From contig OZ025742.1 of NCBI GenBank assembly GCA_964019335.1, forward strand, positions 124,001-188,000: DNA of 64,000 nt. Reading direction: 5' to 3'. This stretch comes from Diplonema japonicum. Its lineage: Eukaryota; Protista; Euglenozoa: Diplonemea. Position 1 is the stretch's first letter. Every line of letters begins with the position of its first letter. The notes under the pieces were generated by a model, which saw nothing but the letters and a program-made list of their open reading frames with translations, did not search any database and had not been told where the DNA came from. Made by a program: the position numbers and the translations under genes. Positions 11,358-22,768 of this stretch are shown here, piece by piece.

Positions 11358-12053
11358 ATGACAGCCTCATTCACAGTCCTGCTTGTCGGCGGGTTGAAAG
11401 TTTCATTAAGCACGGAGGTGGTGCAGAACTTGGAGTATTTGGGCGACAAAAGACTGGAGCAGGAGATTATCGAGGAAGCCATTCGATTGGGGGTCGAAGA
11501 GAAGTCAGGAGGCTTGGAACCTAAAGCCATGCAAAGGGGCACTGTAGATGGTATGTACAAGGCAGAAATCGACTTGTCTGCCTTGCTACATAAATTTTCA
11601 GCCATGATAGGGTTTGTAGACCGTGCGGAGGGAAAAGCAGAAACTGCGATGCAGATGCTTCAAGAGGTTCAGCTCATTCTCGATAAAAGGCTCAAAGAGG
11701 CCATTTCACAAAAGTCCTGGGAGGCCGTGCAGGACATTTCTAATGACTTGTCGGCCCTCAGGGAAGGGATCCATACCCTTCTCGACGGTGTGCAAATAAC
11801 TGCAAAAGATATCGAGTCCGTTGAAAAATCCCTCCCGGCCCCTGTTCCCATCCCCTCCCTCTCCTCCTTCCCCGACACCGACAACCCCCACAACAACAAC
11901 GTTGAGGAGCAGGACGAAGAAGAGGAAGAGGAAGACCCGTCCACCTACGGATACGTTCAATTGGATGGCCCCGAGGAGAACAGCGAACCCGAAGGAGACG
12001 ACGACGAGGAGGACGGGATTACTTTGGAAAACAACACCCCACCGCCGAGCTGA
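11358..12053 (+). CDS. Hypothetical protein with acidic C-terminal tail
   Basis: 231-aa homopolymer-free ORF from the ATG at 11358. Confidence 0.7.
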   Translation: MTASFTVLLVGGLKVSLSTEVVQNLEYLGDKRLEQEIIEEAIRLGVEEKSGGLEPKAMQRGTVDGMYKAEIDLSALLHKFSAMIGFVDRAEGKAETAMQMLQEVQLILDKRLKEAISQKSWEAVQDISNDLSALREGIHTLLDGVQITAKDIESVEKSLPAPVPIPSLSSFPDTDNPHNNNVEEQDEEEEEEDPSTYGYVQLDGPEENSEPEGDDDEEDGITLENNTPPPS

Positions 12054-12100
12054 GATAAAAAAAAAAAAAAGAGAAAATACAAAAAAAAAAAAAAAAACTT

Positions 12101-12978
12101 GAGAATAACAACGTACATGGTAACCAAATAACTTTTTTCCACTCAAGTCTGTAAGCAGAATTTCCACCACTGTTTACGGTAACCCACAACTTTTTTTTCC
12201 ACTCAAATGGTTTTTTTGTAAAAAGATTTTCCACTCTCCACGGTAACCTATTTTTATTTCCACTAAACCATGTAAGTAAGAACTTTTTTCCACCGTCCAC
12301 GGTAACCTAAAACTTTTTTTCCAACGTCCACGGTGGAGGATTGTGCACTTGGGAAAAACGTATAGGCACAGCCAGAGCTCGAAAAAGACACCAAGAATTT
12401 CTCCTGGAAGTTGGCAAGGGCGATTTCCAAAGACGATATAAAGCCAAAGCCGAGGTATCTGGCGTCTGATGTACTTCTCCACCCCTCGCCCCCCTGCCTG
12501 TGAAGGATATGCCAAGGATGACCTCAAGCCCCCTGTTGTCACGAAGTCACAGATAGGCCAGCAAAGAGGAAGCGAAGTGAGAGAGAAGGGGAAAATAAAT
12601 GCAGCAACTTGTAAAAACCTTTATTACTCAACTGTTGCGCCAGCCACAATCATTCCTCGAAGTGCTGTCCCGGTGTAGTCCCAGCCTTCAGGGTAGTCAC
12701 CCATTTCTCTTAAAAGGTCTCTTTTCCTTTTCTTTTGCTATGACATCATGTTTTGCCCCCCTCGCTACATTTCGGACTAAACCCAATGAGGCATAAAGAT
12801 GTCGGAGGTTACCGTGGACGGTGGAAAAAAAGTTAGTGGTTGCATAAGGGAAATTGTTGGTGGTTACAGTAAAAAGTGGAAAAAAAGTTGTGGTTACCGT
12901 GGATGGTGGAAAAAAAGTTGGAGGTTTATGGCAATGGTGGAAAAAAGTTATTTGGTTACCGTGTACGCTGTTTTTCCC
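12101..12978. mobile_element. Non-autonomous Mutator-like (MULE) element
   Basis: ~42-bp imperfect TIRs (gagaataacaacgtacatggtaaccaaataacttttttccac / ...gttatttggttaccgtgtacgctgtttttccc) with tandem subrepeats and a 9-bp TSD aaaaaactt. A second copy lies at 19491-20185. Confidence 0.85.
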
Positions 12979-13044
12979 AAAAAACTTTTTTTTTTTCTGA
13001 ATTTTCAAAAGAAAAAAAAAAGAGGGGAATAAAAAAAAAAAAAA

Positions 13045-13718
13045 ATGAAGTTTAAGTTATTCGGCAACCTCGATTGCCCCGATTGGTTCCTCTCGCTTTT
13101 AGCGACGGTATAGAGGGGAAAAAAAAAAAAAAAAAAAACAGGTCTCGACCATATCAACAGAAAGCGCTTTGTCGCTGTGCAAGGTGGCTGTGGATAAAAT
13201 ATATGAAAGGGAGCTGGATTGGGATTCAGTGGACGAAATTGCAGAAAAAGAGGGACTGGACCTGCATAAGCTGAAGGAGGTGTTTCAAATATAAAAAAAA
13301 AAAAAAAAAAAAAAAAAAGGTTCTTGGCTGCCTGCATAGCATTGCAATGAACAGTACTCGATTTGGGTTATCATCCTTGCAGCTTTCACAGGAGCTAACT
13401 ATGCTCGGGCTCCCGAAAGAGATCTCCGATGGTGTTGCTGAGCACCTGGCTTCGTTAGATAATCTTCGCGCACGGCTAGTAGCCCTCAACCCCAAGAAGG
13501 ATACCATCAAATCTTCCTCATACAAACTATTCCATGTGCCTCTTTCTTCCACGGACTCCGCTGCCCCGCAGCCTGTCGTCCAACTGAATCTGAAAATCGG
13601 TCAATCCACCCACGAAGCCTCCGACCGAACCTGCGACATTGAAATCCCTTCAGACAAGCTGCGATTCATGCGGTCGGAGCTAATGTCTGCCTATGAAGTT
13701 CTGCAGAAATCTTCCTAG
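13045..13718 (+). CDS. COMMD4: COMM domain-containing protein 4; join(13045..13107,13142..13279,13320..13718)
   Basis: MKFKLFGNLDCPDWFL and LSQELTMLGLPKE match COMMD4 signatures; two phase-0 introns of 34 and 40 nt. Confidence 0.9.
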
Positions 13719-14031
13719 TTTTTTTTTTTTTTTTTCGTGTAATCTTTTTTTTTTTTTTTTTTTGTATGGGTACCGTGTGACAAGATAACCGTATGATTTT
13801 TTTTTTTTTTTTTTTTTTTTGGAAAAAAAAAAAGTGTTTTTTTTTTTTCTTTTTTTTTTTCATTCTCTTTCCCTACCCATTCGTTCACACTTTTTTTTTT
13901 TGCTTTTTTTCCCCATCCTCTATCACAGTTCACAATACAGTGGGGCAGGGCTTTTTTTTTTTTTTTTTTTTTTTTCGGGGAGAGGGACGGAAACAAATAA
14001 AAAAAAACAAACAAACAAAAAAAAAAAAACC

Positions 14032-15840
14032 ATGGACGAGGCAAAAAAATGGTTGCAAGACAACGGGGTAGCCTCCCTAATGGACAGGGGCATCAAGGCC
14101 TTAATCGAAACCAAGCCCGCCGATCCAGCTTTGTTCCTATCACAGTACTACGCTACCGTTCACGAAAAAGAAGAGAAGGTGAAAGGCGTTGTGGAGATTA
14201 ACGCCACAACCCTCGTCGTGGTCATGAAGGGAGAAGGAAAGGAAAAAACAACCGTCATCGATGTAAGAGACAGCACAAAAGGCGGGAAGATAAAGGGCAG
14301 CATCCACATTCCGTCTGACCAGTTCCAGGCTCGACTCGAGGAAATTACCAGTGACAGTGTAGAAACAATAGTTGTCGCCTCAAACAAGCAAGGTAGCGAC
14401 ACCAGAGCCGCGGAACTACTTTTATCTTACTTGACGGAAACAAAGCATAAAAACATCAATGTGTACACTTTGTCAGGGCGTTTACAGCACTGGATGAGTT
14501 CGTACCATACCGATCCAGTTCTTGTCGAGGGATTCACGGCAGCGTCATGGCCGATGTTGAACCTTCGCACGGCGCCTAGAATCGCGTCTCGACGAGGTTC
14601 GATCCCCGGCTTGCGAATCGATGTTCCAGAAGCTCCGGAAAAAATGACATCAGCTTCGCTTGCAATTCTGATGAGAGACACGTCAAACCTCGTTGTGGTG
14701 GATGTTAGAGACGCGACGGACGGAGGCACCATTGCTGGTTCGGAGCACATTCCTGTAGCTACCTTTCAAACCGACATCGACGATCTGACAGCAAAATGGA
14801 AGAATAAATCGATAATTGTTATCGCGTCACACATGTCCCCCGATCTTGATTTAACCGCCGCCACACCATTATTGGCAGCTCTTCACGAAGCAGAATCCAC
14901 GGCATCAGTCTTTATACTATCGGAAGGGATCAAAGGATGGGTTGCATCCTACGGTACAGATGAAAACCTTGTAACGGGCTACACCGGAAGCTTAACAAGA
15001 CGGGGTTCGCAAGGATTGGACTGCCTTCATGAAAGGAAACGGCGATCGACGGGGTTGGATATGAAGGTTGAAGTCCCCGATGCTCCACCGAAACTCGCCG
15101 CGGCCGACCTCGCAGCTGTTATTTTAAACACGAAACAAGGCAGCGACGGGGAGCTGCCTTACATTGTTGTCGATGTCTCCATCGATCCCAACACTGCTGG
15201 GAAAGGGAAGATCGCCGGTTCTGTTCAGATTTGTTCGGATGCTGTTTTGGCTAACGTTTCAGGGTTTGCTGAAAAACACCGTTTCAAAGATATGATCATC
15301 GTTGCTTCCACTGTGTCGTCGGATCTGGACGAGGCCGTCGCGGCACCGCTTCAACTCGCGATTCACGAACTCGGTTCAAAATGTTCCGTCTTCACCCTCC
15401 TCGGAGGGGTAAAAACCTGGATCCATGAAAACTACACCTCACCCAGTCTCTGCGAAAACGTAGACCCAACAGCATGGGGCATCTCGTTACCCCGAGGAGG
15501 CAGCAATAACACTAAAAGACACCGTCCTATGCATATTGCCATTCCGGAGGCTCCTTCAGGTGTCCCGCCCATCGAACTTGCTCTTCTTGTAAAGGCGCAG
15601 TCAGAGTCTGTCATCGTGGTGGACGTTCGCATGGAGTTGGCAGGGGGATCTATTTCCGGTAGTGTGCACGTTCCGTGTGACAGAATTCTGACCGACACAG
15701 ATGAGGTCTCACAAGAATGGGTGAACAAGGATTATGTTATTTTCGTCTCGCACCAATCTCCTGACTTGGATTTGGTTGCAGCCACTGCCGTGATGCAGTC
15801 GCATAGGGTTAAAGGGGGTTCTGCTCAAGTATGTGGAAAT

Positions 15841-15872
<32 letters not shown>

Positions 15873-15995
15873 TAGATTTCGTTTTTAATGGGTGGAATCG
15901 TCTCTTGGATGACGCACTACGGGGATGACCCTACACTTACCGTAGGGTACGAAGTAGATCAATGGTCGGATAAGAGTAGAAAAAAGTCGGTTTGA
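14032..15995 (+). CDS. RIIa/Dpy-30-like dimerisation-docking domain plus four catalytically degenerate rhodanese (Cdc25/ACR2-like) repeats; join(14032..15828,15876..15995)
   Basis: N-terminal WLQDNGVASLMDRGIKALIETKPADPALFLSQYY. Four repeats of VxDVR...GGxIxGSxHIP...LxGGxxxW; splicing the 47-nt intron completes repeat 4 (ISFLMGGIVSW). Confidence 0.8.
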
Positions 15996-16130
15996 AGGGA
16001 GGGAGGAAGAAGGGATATTTTTATTTAAAAAAAAAAAGAAAAGTAGGTTTTATTACACGGTTTGGGGGTTGGGGGGGGGGGTCCTTTTATTTTTAAGGAA
16101 GCTGCGGTACGTGCTGAGACGTGTCCCGAC

Positions 16131-16299
16131 CTAGGGCTATGCTGGCAGGAAACGTGGAAACCGTTTCCGTTTCCGTTTCCATACTTTTCAAAATTCTTAT
16201 GGAAACGGCTTCCTTCTTAAGGAAACGTTTCCGTTTCCGTTTCCCTTTTTTTTTTCAAAAAATGCATGGAAACGTGTTTCCATGCCAGCATAGCCCTAG
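16131..16299. mobile_element. MITE (~170 bp)
   Basis: TIR ctagggctatgctggca / tgccagcatagccctag, with internal (tttccg)n and ggaaacg repeats. Confidence 0.75.
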
Positions 16300-16561
16300 G
16301 GGGACAGTGTTCCCGGCATTACGAGTGAGGGGGGGGGAAATGCATACCTTAAAAAAGGCACAGTTTTTTTTTTTTTTTTTTTTTTTTGAAATAAAATCGC
16401 TATTATACCTCTCCCTCCTCCCCTCACGTCTGTTTTCTTTAGAATGGGTATGGTGTTCCTCCTACTTTGAGGCGGGGGGGGGATCGCTAGAAGGAGCCAT
16501 TAAAGGTACCTCTGGAACCAAGAGTGCCTCTACGGTCTCCCCACCACCGTTTTTTTTTTTT

Positions 16562-16696
16562 TGTTACAAATATTTATCTTTTCAAAAAATGATTTTATAA
16601 CTATATGCAACTTGTGCCGAGCAAAAAAACTTTGGCAGCTTTTTTAAAAAACCTTTTTTGCTTGTGCGAACAACAAAGACATATAGTCATAAAGAT
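16562..16696. repeat. Second (inverted) copy of the 6493-6621 foldback repeat
   Basis: Reverse-complement similarity to 6493-6621. Confidence 0.75.
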
Positions 16697-16910
16697 TTTT
16701 TTTCCCACCCCCCGTACTTTGCATAAATTGAGTTTTTTTTTTTTTCCGGGGAAAAAAAAAAAAAAATACCGGAGATTTTGAAGTTCTTCGGCGTCTGAAA
16801 AAAGAAAAGAAAAAAAGGAGGGGAAAAAAAAAATGTATGGACCGATGGATTGCGTTCGATGGCAGGAAAACACTGGAAGGAGGGAAGGGGTTTGTCTGAA
16901 GACGGGGGAT

Positions 16911-16953
<43 letters not shown>

Positions 16954-17954
16954 CTGTAAAACAAAAATCCACCGGAAGAAAAAATATCCGGACCGCCGAA
17001 ACATCCGGTGATTTTTTTCTTCCGGACATTTTTTTGGAGCACTTTTCTAAGGGGGTACCTAGCCTGCCCTACGCACTGTACCCTCTGTCTGGAAAACTTA
17101 TATTTCTGTTGCAAGAGTCTTAAGAACGGCAAAAATAAAATTCAAATTAACAGACGAAAGCTGCATGCTCTAAAAAGGGGAAGGACATATCCCGCGACCC
17201 CTCCAGGTGCTGACCTCTTCAGGTGACTGAAATGATATTGCAAGTGGACCCTTCAATAGCTGCGTCCCAGCAGGTTGGAGAGTCCCGACCAATAAAACTA
17301 AAAAGGGGGCGAGGAAAGCGCTACCTGTCCGCGCGTCTGGCCGTCTTGTCTGCTGCCTTCGCAGTCTTGGCAGTGCGCCTGGCCTCGGCCTCAGTAAGCC
17401 TTGGGCTGGCACAAATAGGTGAAGTCTGGGGGGACAAACGCTAAGTGAACGTTTGTTTTCTGAAAACAAGTTCACAAAAACCTGCGTAGTGTGGACATTG
17501 TGGTCATCAATGAGGTTGTAGCAAAGGGGGGAAACAAATCTTTTACCAGAGCCGAAGCGTTTCCTGGGTGGCCCAGTGAGATTTCGAAGCTGTTAAACTC
17601 TTTTTGGGGGTGTGCAACACGAGGGACGGACCCGGGGTATTTCCTGCCGCGAGCTGGTTCTGTTTTTTCCCGTGTAAATTGACCCGGGTTTGCCACTTCG
17701 TGGGTGCAGTTTGCCACCAGACAGGGAAACGCAAAACTGTCCGGTGACGGCGCGCTTGTCCCAAACCCCTAACCTTGGACCCCTTTTCGTCTTCTTCCCA
17801 GCGGAAAAGTCCGTAATTCAATTCTCTGATTTTCATTTGATTTTCTCTTGCTACAGAAACTAGTTTCATCTGAAAAAAAAATGTCCGGAAGAAAAAATAT
17901 CCGGACCGCCAGAGCTTCCGGACATTTTATCTTCCGGTGATTTTTGTTTTACAG
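16954..17954. mobile_element. 1-kb non-autonomous DNA transposon with TA flanks (Tc1/mariner/pogo-like)
   Basis: TA|ctgtaaaacaaaaatc(c)accggaaga... and ...tcttccggtgatttttgttttacag|TA, with subterminal ccgga repeats at both ends. No recognisable transposase ORF. Confidence 0.8.
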
Positions 17955-18467
17955 TATTTATTTCTCCGCATGGGGTTTGATTTGGTTTCCCCTCGAGTGA
18001 GGAAATAAATCTGAACTAAAAAAAAAAAAAAAAAAGAAGAAGAAGAAGAAGAAAAAAACCCCCTTCTCCGGAAACCCTCTGGAAAGAGGCCATTGGACAT
18101 TTTAGCGGAAAAGATATTTAGACGAATTAAAAAAAAAAAAAAAAACGGTATGTAGGCCTCCCCTAATTTGAGCGAAGACCTTAACCCTTCACAAGTAAAG
18201 GGGTCTCTTCTTCTTTTTTTTCTTCTTTTCCTTTCCTGTAGAAAGATGAAGAGGACACTCCCTGAGGAGCTTCAAGAAGGAGCGTCTACCCAAACAGCTC
18301 CTTGCAAAACCCGACCCAGTCCACGGTGCGCGCCGCAAAAAATAAATCGTTTTTTTTTTTTTTTTTTTTTTTTTTTTTCTTTTTGCGCATAAAAAATGAA
18401 AAGAGAGAAATAAGGGAAAAAAAAAAACTATTCGTCGAAAAAGCGCTTTTTTTTTTTTTTTTTTTTT

Positions 18468-18647
18468 ATCGGAGGACCGACCACACACGGGTAACCATGA
18501 GTAGCATCGAAGGCTTGCGGGACAGGTACCTGTCGCAGACACCGACAAGGCTGCCCCGCAGTTTGACCACAACCCGCCAGAGCCCCCAGAACGGGGACAA
18601 GCGCAGCTCGGCCGGTGAGCGCAAAAACGCATACCTTAAAAGAATAG
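18468..18647 (+). mobile_element. 5'-truncated T-tailed retroposon, family C
   Basis: Matches 40927-41149 with internal deletions; both copies end gcataccttaaaagaatag followed by poly(T). Confidence 0.8.
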
Positions 18648-18993
18648 TTTTTTTTTTTCTCTTTCTTTTTCTTTTCTTGGAGAAAAACTACAAACACGGC
18701 GAGCAACTGAGAAGGTACAGAGCGCGTCGCTGCCCATTAGAATAGTAAGGAGGTTCTTGCAAATCCCTCACATCAAACACTTCACGTTGTAGGGAATCTG
18801 ACTTTCGAGACACGCCACCGGGTCCGGTCTAAACACGAAATTATGTTTATGCTGCGTGCTGTGTGGTGGATATGCACTTTAAAAAAAAAAAAAATAAAAA
18901 AAATAAATAAATAAATAAATAAAAGTAGGGTGTCAGAGTTTGGTGGAAAAATCCAAATTGTAACGTACCGTGCTTGTAGCTTTTCTCATTTTT

Positions 18994-19026
<33 letters not shown>

Positions 19027-19298
19027 TTTAATAGGCTATACAAAACGGCCAGAATAGTTTCTTTTGGTTTTGTCGGGTTTTTTTTTTTTTTTTTTTTTTT
19101 TTATTTCCCACCTACACTTTTTTTTTTTTTTTTTTTGCGATTTTTTTTTTATTTAAAATTTTTTTTCATGTATTTATCTGTTTTTCTTTTCCGATGGTGG
19201 GGGGTACGCGAAAATAAGGGGGGAGAAAAAAAAAAAGGTGGGGAGGGGGGAGAGGGGAAAAGAAGGGGGAAAAAAAAAGAAAGGGGGGGGGGGGGAAA

Positions 19299-20376
19299 AT
19301 GCCACTGCCCTTGCAACTGCTTAAAAATGGGATCAAGCATCCTCTGAATATAGAAATGAAGGGGGGAGACATGTACAATGGGTACCTCAAGAGCTGTGAC
19401 GACTGGATGAATGTTCACTTAATTGACGTAACACTTACTACTGCGGTATGTAGGGGGGTGGGGGGAGGGATAAAAATAAAAAATAAAAAAGGGAAAAACA
19501 ACTTACACGGTAACCTACAACTTTTTTTCCACTTTTTACTGTAACCACCAACAATTTCCCTTATGCAACCACTAACTTTTTTTCCACCGTCATTGGGTTT
19601 AGTCCGAAATGTAGCGAGGGGGGCAAAACATGATGTCATAGCAAAAGAAAAGGAAAAGAGACATTTTAAGAGAAATAGGTACAACCGGGACAGCACGACT
19701 GTGGCGCAGCGGTTGAGTAATAAAGGTTTTTACAAGTTGCTGCATTTATTTTCCCCTTCTCTCTCACTTCGCTTCCTCTTTGCTGGCCTATCTGTGACTT
19801 CGTGACAACAGGGGGCTTGAGGTCATCCTTGGCATATCCTTCACAGGCAGGGGGGCGAGGGGTGGAGAAGTACATCAGACGCCAGATACCTCGGCTTTGG
19901 CTTTATATCGTCTTTGGAAATCGCCCTTGCCAACTTCCAGGAGAAATTCTTGGTGTCTTTTTCGAGCCCTGGTTGTGCCTATACGTTTTTCCCAAGTGCA
20001 CACACACCTCCACCGTGGACGTTGGAAAAAAAAGTTCTTACTTACATGGTTTAGTGGAAATAAAAATAGTGGAAAATTTTTTACAAAAAAAAACCATTTG
20101 AGTGGGGAAAAAAAAAGTTGTGGGTTACCGTAAACAGTGTTGAGTGGAAAAAAGTTATTTGGTTACCATGTACGTTGTTATTCTCAAAAAAAAAAAAATT
20201 AGGACGGAGATCGTTTCTTCAAGATGAAAGAATGCTTCATAAGGGGAAACACGGTAAAATGCATTCGTCTACCAGACGTCGTGCTTGCTGTGGCAGAAGA
20301 AGCTCAACAAAAGCTAAAGAAGAACAAACGGGGGAAGAAAAGGCCACGCGATGAGGATGACAGCAAGAAAAAATAA
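19299..20376 (+). CDS. LSM4: U6 snRNA-associated Sm-like protein LSm4; join(19299..19445,20203..20376)
   Basis: MPLPLQLLK...YNGYLKSCDDWMNVHL (Sm1) spliced to DGDRFFKMKECFIRGNTVKCIRLPD (Sm2) across a 757-nt intron. Confidence 0.92.
19491..20185. mobile_element. MULE-like element copy 2, within the LSm4 intron
   Basis: Inverted, internally deleted copy of 12101-12978 with both termini retained. Confidence 0.85.
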
Positions 20377-20906
20377 TTTTTTTTTTTTTTTTTTTTTTTA
20401 AAAAAAAAAGATCTTCCCTCCCCATCATAGTGAATTTTTTTTTTTTCTATCCAGTTTTCTTTTTTTTTTTTTAAAAAGAAGAAAAAAAAAATCACACCAC
20501 AGGGTTTCCTAGCCCCACCCACCCCCTCTCACTACCCCCCCCCCCCCCCACCCTTCCTTCCACTTCATCCAGACTAAAGAAAGGGTGGGGGGGGGGAGGA
20601 GGACAAACAAGTGAGAGGAGGAGGAAAAAAAAAACAAGAAAAATAAATACAACCTCCAAAAAAAAAAAAAAGGCAACAAAAAAAAAAACAAGGAAACGAA
20701 AGAAAAGAATTTGAAAAGAAAAAAAAAGAAAGAAAAAAAAAAGAAAAGAGAAAAAACCCTCCTCCTCTCCATTTTCTTCCTCCCGACAAACACAGACTTA
20801 CTCCCCCCTATCTCTGGTTTTTTTTTTTTTTTCTTTCTTTCTTTCTTTCTTTTTTTTTTTTTCCCTCTCCAAAATAAAATAAATTAAAAAAAAAATACAC
20901 CAAAAT

Positions 20907-20956
20907 ATGGAACATGTTGCTGCAGAGAAGTATGGCCATCTCAATTAAAAAAGATT

Positions 20957-21004
<48 letters not shown>

Positions 21005-22141
21005 AGGGAAAAAGTGTCAACTATACATATTTCTGGGCTTCCCTCAGACTTCAAAGAGAGGGAACTGTTCTTGTTGCTGAGAAAAGAAAAAGGATTTAGA
21101 TATGGCTTTTTGAAGTACGGAGAGGGGAAGATGACTCTAGCTTTTGCACAGTTTGACACACACGACCACGCACTGCTAGCGGCGGAGGGATGCGACAACT
21201 TGAACATAGAAGTGAACCAGAGCTCTCAGAAAATTCACGTTCATGTTGCCTCTACGAATATGAGGAAGCGGCCGGTAGACACCCAAATTGGGTCCAACAA
21301 CCCCCGGTTCATTACCAACCGCTCTCCCCCTGCAGGATTTTCAGCGGCGCATGGGAGCTACCACCACCACCATCATCATCACCACCACCACCACCACCAG
21401 CATCATGGGCCACACCACTCCTTCCACCACCACCACCATCATCACCACCACCACCACCACCAGGATGACCAGATGCACAGGCCGTGCAGCACGCTGTTCG
21501 TGAGCAATATCGATCCCCATGTTTCTTTTGAGCAGTTGCATGATCTCTTTTCAAGGTATTAAAAAAAAAAAAAAAAACCCCCCGAGAGGTAATTCGCGAC
21601 TCTGAAAATTACTTCACCACAAAAGGGGGAAGAGAGGGGTTGCAAAAGGTTACAATATAAAGTTGTTTTTCCTTCACCATCTCTAATCAGGCGGCCGCTC
21701 GTATTTTGAAAAGCTGAAATCGGGAACTTGACAAACTGAGAGGAAAAAAGTTGCCCCACTGGGAACTGAACCGAGGCAGAAATTGGCCTACCGAGGCATA
21801 TTATTTACCGGAAACCCCTATTACAGGGGATTATTTCACCGTGAAGTAATGGGCCCCCGAGTGCGTGAAGTAATTTCAGAAGAGTGAAAATAATAATAAA
21901 TAAATAAATAAATAAAAAGTTACCGAGATTTCAATAAAGTGACGTTAAGGTCCGGGAAGGCGTGGGCGGATTTTTTGACCACTGCCTCTGCAACACAGGT
22001 GTGTGGGGATTAAATGAAGGGAAGAAAAAAAAAAAAAAAAAAGAAAAAAAAAAGGCGCTCCAACTGAACGGGTGGACAAACGGCTCCTCTTGTTCGCCAA
22101 TTCGAGTAACTTTTGCTCGCACAGAGACAAAAATGAAGTAA
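20907..22141 (+). CDS. Two-RRM RNA-binding protein (RBPMS/MEC-8/Scw1-like) with poly-His linker; join(20907..20929,21007..21555,21920..21998,22055..22141)
   Basis: STIHISGLPSDFKEREL and PCSTLFVSNI RNP2 motifs. Three GT-AG introns complete RRM2 (KAWADF...ALQLNG...IRVTFAR). Confidence 0.85.
21601..21880. mobile_element. Degenerate inverted-repeat element within intron 21556-21919
   Basis: Inverted repeat tctgaaaattacttcac (21601-17) / gtgaagtaatttcaga (21865-80). Confidence 0.45.
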
Positions 22142-22198
22142 GAACAAACACAAAAAAAAAGGGGGGGAATGGAAGGAGGGGTTTTTTTTTTTTTTTTT

Positions 22199-22445
22199 AG
22201 AAGTATATCAGATGTGTTGTGCGCTGTTGACCTCCTCGTCGGTCATCACCGGTAGCGCCCGAGTGGAAGAACGTAACGCAGATGCTCAGGGTGATGAACA
22301 GGCAGCAAACTGCACGAGCGCAGAATCTTGGTTACCCGGGACGTCCCGGCTAGGGTTGAGCTGTACACCGCTTGCATTAAGGACACGACGCGGAACGCAG
22401 AAGAAGCTACAACTCGGCCGCGGTGCGCCCCCTGTAATCAAGTAG
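22199..22445 (+). mobile_element. Family A SINE copy 2, truncated at both ends, ribozyme predicted inactive
   Basis: Near-identical to 3163-3404; lacks the P1 5' strand and has T in place of the catalytic C at 22295. Confidence 0.85.
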
Positions 22446-22577
22446 ACAGTTCTTGTGCAGGGCGCCGCCAACACCGGCCTCCTTTAACTCATATATATAT
22501 ATATTTTTTTTTTTTGGTGGATCGTAGCTAACCACTTCGCTCCCCCTGTTATAGTGAATTCTTTTTTTTGTTTTGGT

Positions 22578-22611
<34 letters not shown>

Positions 22612-22621
22612 TTTCCCTTAA

Positions 22622-22768
22622 CCATCTAAACCCGAAAGCATAAGATGGTCTTTTAAAGAAAAATAGAAAAATAATTCATCCTCCGAGCACCTTTGGGCCC
22701 CCGAAGTTTTTTTTTTTTTTTTTTTTTTTCAAATATTACCCATGCTCCAAGATCTCGGGTCTAGATGG
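22622..22768. mobile_element. piggyBac-like MITE
   Basis: TTAA|ccatctaaacccga...tcgggtctagatgg|TTAA: a 14-bp TIR with 1 mismatch and a TTAA TSD. Confidence 0.8.

Noticed and set aside
12101-12320. Repeated ggtaacc...ttttttccac units resembling a CRISPR array
   Set aside because: Irregular subterminal repeats of a MULE TIR in eukaryotic DNA, with no unique spacers or cas genes.
12174-12542. ORF MTTGGLRSS... duplicated at 19802
   Set aside because: Interior of the non-autonomous MULE; no transposase motif, and the ends differ between copies.
17170-17869. Short ORFs inside the TA-flanked element
   Set aside because: No DDE or HTH motif recognisable.
18060-18880. Complex islands possibly forming a gene
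   Set aside because: No consistent spliced frame found; part of the region is retroposon family C.
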